Under the pieces are notes generated by a model, which saw only the letters and a program-made list of their open reading frames with translations, did not search any database and was not told the DNA's origin. From NCBI RefSeq assembly GCF_000150275.1, contig NW_002060957.1, forward strand, positions 699,825 through 763,824: a DNA stretch of 64,000 nt, given 5' to 3'. Source of the DNA: Trichoplax adhaerens. Its lineage: Eukaryota > Animalia > Placozoa. Position 1 is the first letter of the stretch; each line of letters starts with the position of its first letter. Positions 58,301 through 64,000 of this stretch are shown here, in pieces. The position numbers were made by a program, and so were the translations under genes.

Positions 58301-60346
58301 ATTAATATGTTATGATCTAATTTATGTTATGTTAATTAAGTCCTCGAAATAGCTTAAGCTAATAGGACGAAACATTAAAATCTAAAAGCCTCTTGTTATA
58401 ACCAATATACTCATATAGGTCATATATTGGATCGATAAAGCGCTACAGATTTCACCCAGCTGCTTACAATTTAAATTTTTAAAAGTCGAAGCTTTGATTA
58501 AACGCGGGATCTTTAGCGAAGCCAGCTCTATTGTCAAGTCAGCATGAACTATTACATTGTCGATTTTATTAACAGCCATTGTTGAAATATGCATGAATAT
58601 TTTTCTATATCAATTTTTTTTTTTGCAATATTCAGTGACGTACTACGAATGAATGATATGAATGCAGATGCATTGTATCTTCGTGGACTATGTCTTTACT
58701 ATCAAGATTATGCAGAAAAAGCGAAGAACCATTTTATGCGCGTACTTAAAGCAGATCCAGATCATAAGCGATCTAAGGACTCGCTGAAGGTATACCCTTC
58801 TACACAATAGCCATGACTACGTTAGTAATAATAAGTCCTACATTGCATTTTCTGTTATTTATTTATTTGCGAATAATAATTCATCTAGTTAATAAAAAGA
58901 TTAATCAGTGCGAAGGAAGCTGGTAATGAAGCCTTTAAGAAAGGCAAGTATGAGGAAGCGTACAACAGCTACACGCAAGCATTAGAAATTGACCCTTATA
59001 ACAAGTATATAAATTCGAAATTATACTGTAACAGGGCCACCACACATGCTAAGGTATAATATTGACACAAAATTTATTTCTAATCTTTAACTAAAATTCG
59101 AATTTTTAGTAACATTTTTGTAACTACCTGCATGTATGATTTCATTAGCTCAATAGAGCAGAAGCAGCAATAGCCGATTGTTCGGAAGCAATCAAATTGG
59201 ACGATAGCTATGTCAAAGCATACTTACGCAGGGCTAAATGGTATGACGAATGATTACTTCATATTTTACCGCTATTTCGAATGGGTACATTTTACGATAC
59301 GGATAACACTCTTTTTCTTCAGTTATATGGATACTGAACAATACGAAGAAGCGGTTAGAGATTATGAAAAGGTACTCCAACTAGATACGTCTCAAGGTAA
59401 GTTAGGAAATGTAAGGACAACTACCTTAATACTTCGGATTGTAATGCTCGCTATTAGAAAATTGCAAGTTGTACCCTATACCAAATAATTAAGCCTATGG
59501 AATGTATATTTAATCTAATTACAGAACACAAGAGATTGGTAAAAGATGCGAAATTAGAATTAAAGAAATCTAAGAGAAAAAACTATTATAAAATTCTTAA
59601 TGTATCTAAAAATGCTACCGATGACGAAATTAAGAAAGCTTATCGTAAAGAGGCATTAAAGCATCATCCAGGTACTACCTACAGTTTTATCTGCCTCGAT
59701 GGTATCTCAATTTAAGCTATTGTAGTTAACAATTTTTTCTTCTAAATCTAAAGATCGTCATGCTAGTGCTACTGAAGAGGAGAGGAAAAAAGAAGAACTA
59801 TTATTTAAAGAGGTCAAAAAGATGAATTTAGATTAGTGGTTTTAACGTTATTAATATACTAACTGTGGTCGATTTATATTCAACAAGTAGGTAGGAGAAG
59901 CATATGCAGTTTTATCCGATAAACAGAAGCGCCATCGCTATGACTCAGGTCAAGACTTGGAAGATAGTTCATTTGGAGGTTTGTACTTTAATGATCGAAA
60001 TACTAAAGCTACATTAAAAGACATGTATTGTCTTTCAAATCGTTGATTCATAATTAACTCTTTAAAATTTTACAGCCGATATTAATCCTAATGACATTTT
60101 TCAAATGTTCTTTGGTGGCGGTGGTGGTGGTAATCCCTTTGGTGGAGGATCTCGATTTCGTAATAGTGGGGGTCATGATGATGGTACTTATTTATGATGA
60201 CATAGTATTACAGCCAACAATTATTATGATTTATTATTAACTTTTATTCAGTTTTAACTCAATTGATACAATTTACTATGACGCTGACACTTTTTTACTT
60301 TTTCATTTTACTAGGATATCCTGGCTTTACGTTTACTTTTGGTTAA
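55377..60346 (+). CDS. DNAJC7: TPR-containing J-domain co-chaperone (Tpr2)
   Basis: About 15 exons: [93 protein letters not shown]...KHHP|DRH (HPD motif), [11 protein letters not shown], and a Gly/Phe-rich end [10 protein letters not shown]. Confidence 0.95.
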
Positions 60347-62926
60347 AATTATTCCTGTTCATTCTGTATTATTGAGTGCATTTATACTTTTATATTGATT
60401 ATAATAATACTCGTTAAGTTAATGTAAATGCAATAAATATCTATGCGATTTGTTGGATTGCTCTTCCGTACTAAATGTATTGATATCGTTGAAGATAGTA
60501 AGTGAGGCTTTTAACCGTACGATAATTGCTAATCAGTTATCTCTTGAATTAGTAATTTTTGAATCATACTGATATTATCGATAGCAGTAAAGTAAAGCAT
60601 TGTTTGAGATGTGAAGGAGGCGTTGATCACATTTGATTCACTGGTGTACCATAAGTATAGGCAACTACCAAAAGCCGAACAGGAACATCCTTCAATGTAA
60701 ATGCACAATTTTTGGAAAAAAGTTTGACCGTAATTGATGTACAATTTGTATCCCTAAATACAATATCCAGCTATGGAAAGCTAGAAATAAACTGTATTTT
60801 AAACTATTTACCTTTTATTCTAATTGATTAAATGCTAAGTTTATGTCCCTACGATACAATCGCATAGTACTTAAGTAGACGTGATCATATGCACCACCGT
60901 GCGCGTAGAAATTAATATTAGCAAGACGACCAGTAGAACTATCACGATTTACATTTATGCATGTTTTGATTACCCACGTTACGTCCATGTTCCGTGTGAA
61001 TATTGATCAATTACATCATGTCGTAATTCAAAACGATTCGAGATTATTGGGGCAATACGATAATATCTCAAGTACTTTTATCAAATATCAACAGTCTTTT
61101 AAACCTAATAACACAGTTCTAACTATTAGAAAAGCAGGGATAGAACTGGTAACAGCATAATAATTATAGTTAATCAATATAATAACCCACTTAAATATCT
61201 ACCATACGCTGATTCATACATTTAAATAAAGTCCTGCACTCGATAAAGAAATGCTTATTAGAAGTTTTCCGTAAGAGATTATGGTTAAATTTCATTGCTT
61301 AATTAAACAGTTTATTTCGACATCATATATAAATGAAATAGTTTGCTTTATCAAGTTATATATGAATTTTCTCTTTAAGACAACACTACTGCCTGGCAAT
61401 GACAACTAATTTACCATAATAATAAAAATAGTTGTTTAAAGGTTCATTAAATTTATCGCACATATCATTTAAGTATTAGTAACTCCGTCGTAGTTCATTT
61501 AACTGTCAAACTATTTGTTTCTTCACAGATACGTTAATATCTTAGAATGGTGAATGTTGTCCGCATGAAAGGAAACTAAGAACGGAAAGTAGCTATGTTA
61601 TAGCTCTAAACTAAAATATAACGTAGTACCTAAGGTGATATTGTCAATGTCTCCTGTGATAATGATCAAGGTTTATTTCTTTACTCAATACGCCTGTACA
61701 GTTGAATTAGGGTTATTTCTTCATAAATTATATATCAGTCAAATTTATATTAGAAACCACAACTATTTACGATGAATCACTATACATAGTCTTGCATAAT
61801 TTCACCCATGATCGATTGCATCACGAATTACATAAAAAAAATCTTCAATTTTTAGAATTAGCTAGCAGTTATTGTTGTTAAAGCATGCCGCTATCGTACT
61901 GATTCTATCCCAGTATCTATAGTCGAGCTTTCTGAAGAGTGTACATTATACTCCGCACGATTTCCAAATGCTGGTGTGTGACTAAATTAGTACGTAGGCA
62001 GTTTTATTCCTAGATTTGCTGCATATGCCCTATAAGTTACATGATCCTTTAATTTATATGACATGATATGAACACGTTGCACACCATCAGTAAATTTCAA
62101 AACTCTTAAATTAATGACCCAATTACAAATAGATAGTTTTATTTTTTTTTTTTCAAGTGATTCTTAGACCTAATTATAATGAAATATGGCCACTTATATA
62201 CTGTCCCATTTTATGCGGCATATAATAAATAATCAGAGAGATCGCCCACGTACGATATTAATGGACATAAATCAAGCTGATAAAACAGAAATATTTGGCA
62301 AGCTCTGGTAAGCTGATTCAATAATAATCTATTTTCAGAGGTACTTTTTTGGTTTAGATTATTCGTCACAAATTGAACGAGAAAACCTCAATCTTGCTTA
62401 TTTTCGAAAATATTTTATTAGTAGCCAGGTAATGCATGTAAAAATTTGACATTAAATTCGAAGAATAAAACACTTTTCAAGTTTAAACTATAGTTGTAGC
62501 CAGAAGAATAGGTAGTAGATGAGTAAAAAACGTACTCTACGCCGGACATCAATGAAATCCTAACTATCGCTACATAAGCCTAGTATCAAAACTGTGCAGA
62601 AAATAGTTGCTCATTGAGTAAGTAAAGAGGAATATACCTGTGATAGCATTAATTTTACTAATATAGTAAATGTTAAGCTATTCCTTTACTTAATATCAGC
62701 TAAATGCTAAAATTGCTACTAAGATATATAATAGCTCGGAATTATGCCACATCAATTCTTTCTTTGGTTACGTTCTAACTTTGCAGGCAGTGGTTGCTTA
62801 TTGATTGAATAGAGTAGAATTTACTTACTACGGCGTTGATTTTATAACGATAGTAAAGGTAAGACGTTACTCTATCTAATATCAGCTAATTACTACGATT
62901 GCTACAAGATATGTAATAGTATAGCA

Positions 62927-64000
62927 TTACTCCATATTAATTCTTCCTTCAGCTACGTTATTGAGATCCTGGCTGCTAGTTACAGCTGCTTTTATACTAA
63001 AACCGGCAAGTACAATCGCACTTAGTGTGGTAATAGTAGTGAATGCGTAAATGAATCCGTAATATGTCGTAATAAGACTAGTCTGATAATTCTGGTCAGC
63101 CAAAAATTCATAAACACTCATTGCCATCGCCCAAAAACTACCAGCGCTATTGAAAACATTGAGCACAAAGTATGCATATTTCTACATTTTAAAACGAGAA
63201 CAAAGATAGTTCAGAGTTTGAGAATGGATTCTTTTAAACAAATGTAATCAATGCAATGCCCCACTTACTGCTAGTTCGTTGCTAGTAGATTGGATATCGA
63301 TTCCGTATCTAGCTCCTACATAAGCCTACAGAAATGTTATTAATAATTAAATTATGATCAAGGTGTCAGGCAGTCCATGCAATTTATCAAACTAAAATGA
63401 TTTTCAATCGCATGATGTATTGCAATCAGTCATCACTATCATTATAAATTTACCATGACTGAAACAATTAAAACAGGAAACCCATATGTGGGATAATTCA
63501 TGACTGCGATATTAAAGATTCCAATCCCACTGACTATGACAGCAGTGCTCAGCATGCCGGCACTAGTAGTGTCAGTAATAGGTGTATTCCTATAAGTTGG
63601 TGTTTTATTTCTGACATCATCGGCAGCTATCATAGTGATTAATGAGATAGTAAATCCAAGGATAGTAAAGATTGCTTGAGATAGAGTTAAAGCCGTAAAA
63701 TCGCCTCTTCGCCAGCCCGAATTTATTAGATTGCCAGTGAAGAAAACAAGAAGACGAACGATAGAAACAACAGAAGCGGCACCAATTCCGGCGGTATAAG
63801 TGGTAAAAATCTTATGCCATATGTTCTAAAGCAATAAATGAAGCCTTTAATTTTCGAAAGGAGAGTAAAATACACCTTTTTAACTGCTGCCTTTCAACTA
63901 TCGAATAGAAAGGTAACTTTAAAATAAAATTAAGCTCACCAAATTACGAACACGTTTTTTTTCAGTAATGATACCTAGGATTCCAGTAGCAAAAAGCTAA
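62927..64000 (-). CDS. Multi-pass membrane protein, partial (weak CD20/MS4A-like resemblance)
   Basis: Four in-frame spliceable exons (~63940-64000, ~63453-63825, ~63269-63325, ~62930-63182) encode several hydrophobic helices, e.g. FATGILGIITEKKRVRNL. The 5' end is outside the window and the 3' end is unresolved. Confidence 0.65.

Overview
This is AT-rich eukaryotic nuclear DNA with many short GT-AG introns. Composition, gene compactness and gene content suggest an early-branching animal, probably a placozoan such as Trichoplax (inference). Manual splicing gives seven recognisable multi-exon genes: USP37-like deubiquitinase (+), UBE2E (+), TTC25/ODAD4 (+), RIT-type Ras GTPase (+), INTS3 (-), cyclin Y (-) and DNAJC7 (+). 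There is also a partial multi-pass membrane gene running off the right end (-) and one intronless 334-aa orphan ORF (+) with motifs suggestive of an ADP-ribosyltransferase-like fold. Non-coding features include a 200-bp satellite, a 75/78-bp minisatellite and several local duplications. The most notable observations are the orphan ORF, dense TACAGTAC/GTACTGTA clusters upstream of five genes, a U12-type intron plus an RFX X-box in TTC25, a candidate pair of mutually exclusive exons in cyclin Y, and TTC25-DNAJC7 linkage shared with human. I recognised no rRNA, tRNA, snRNA, CRISPR array or autonomous transposon. Most short ORFs in the supplied track are exon fragments or noise.
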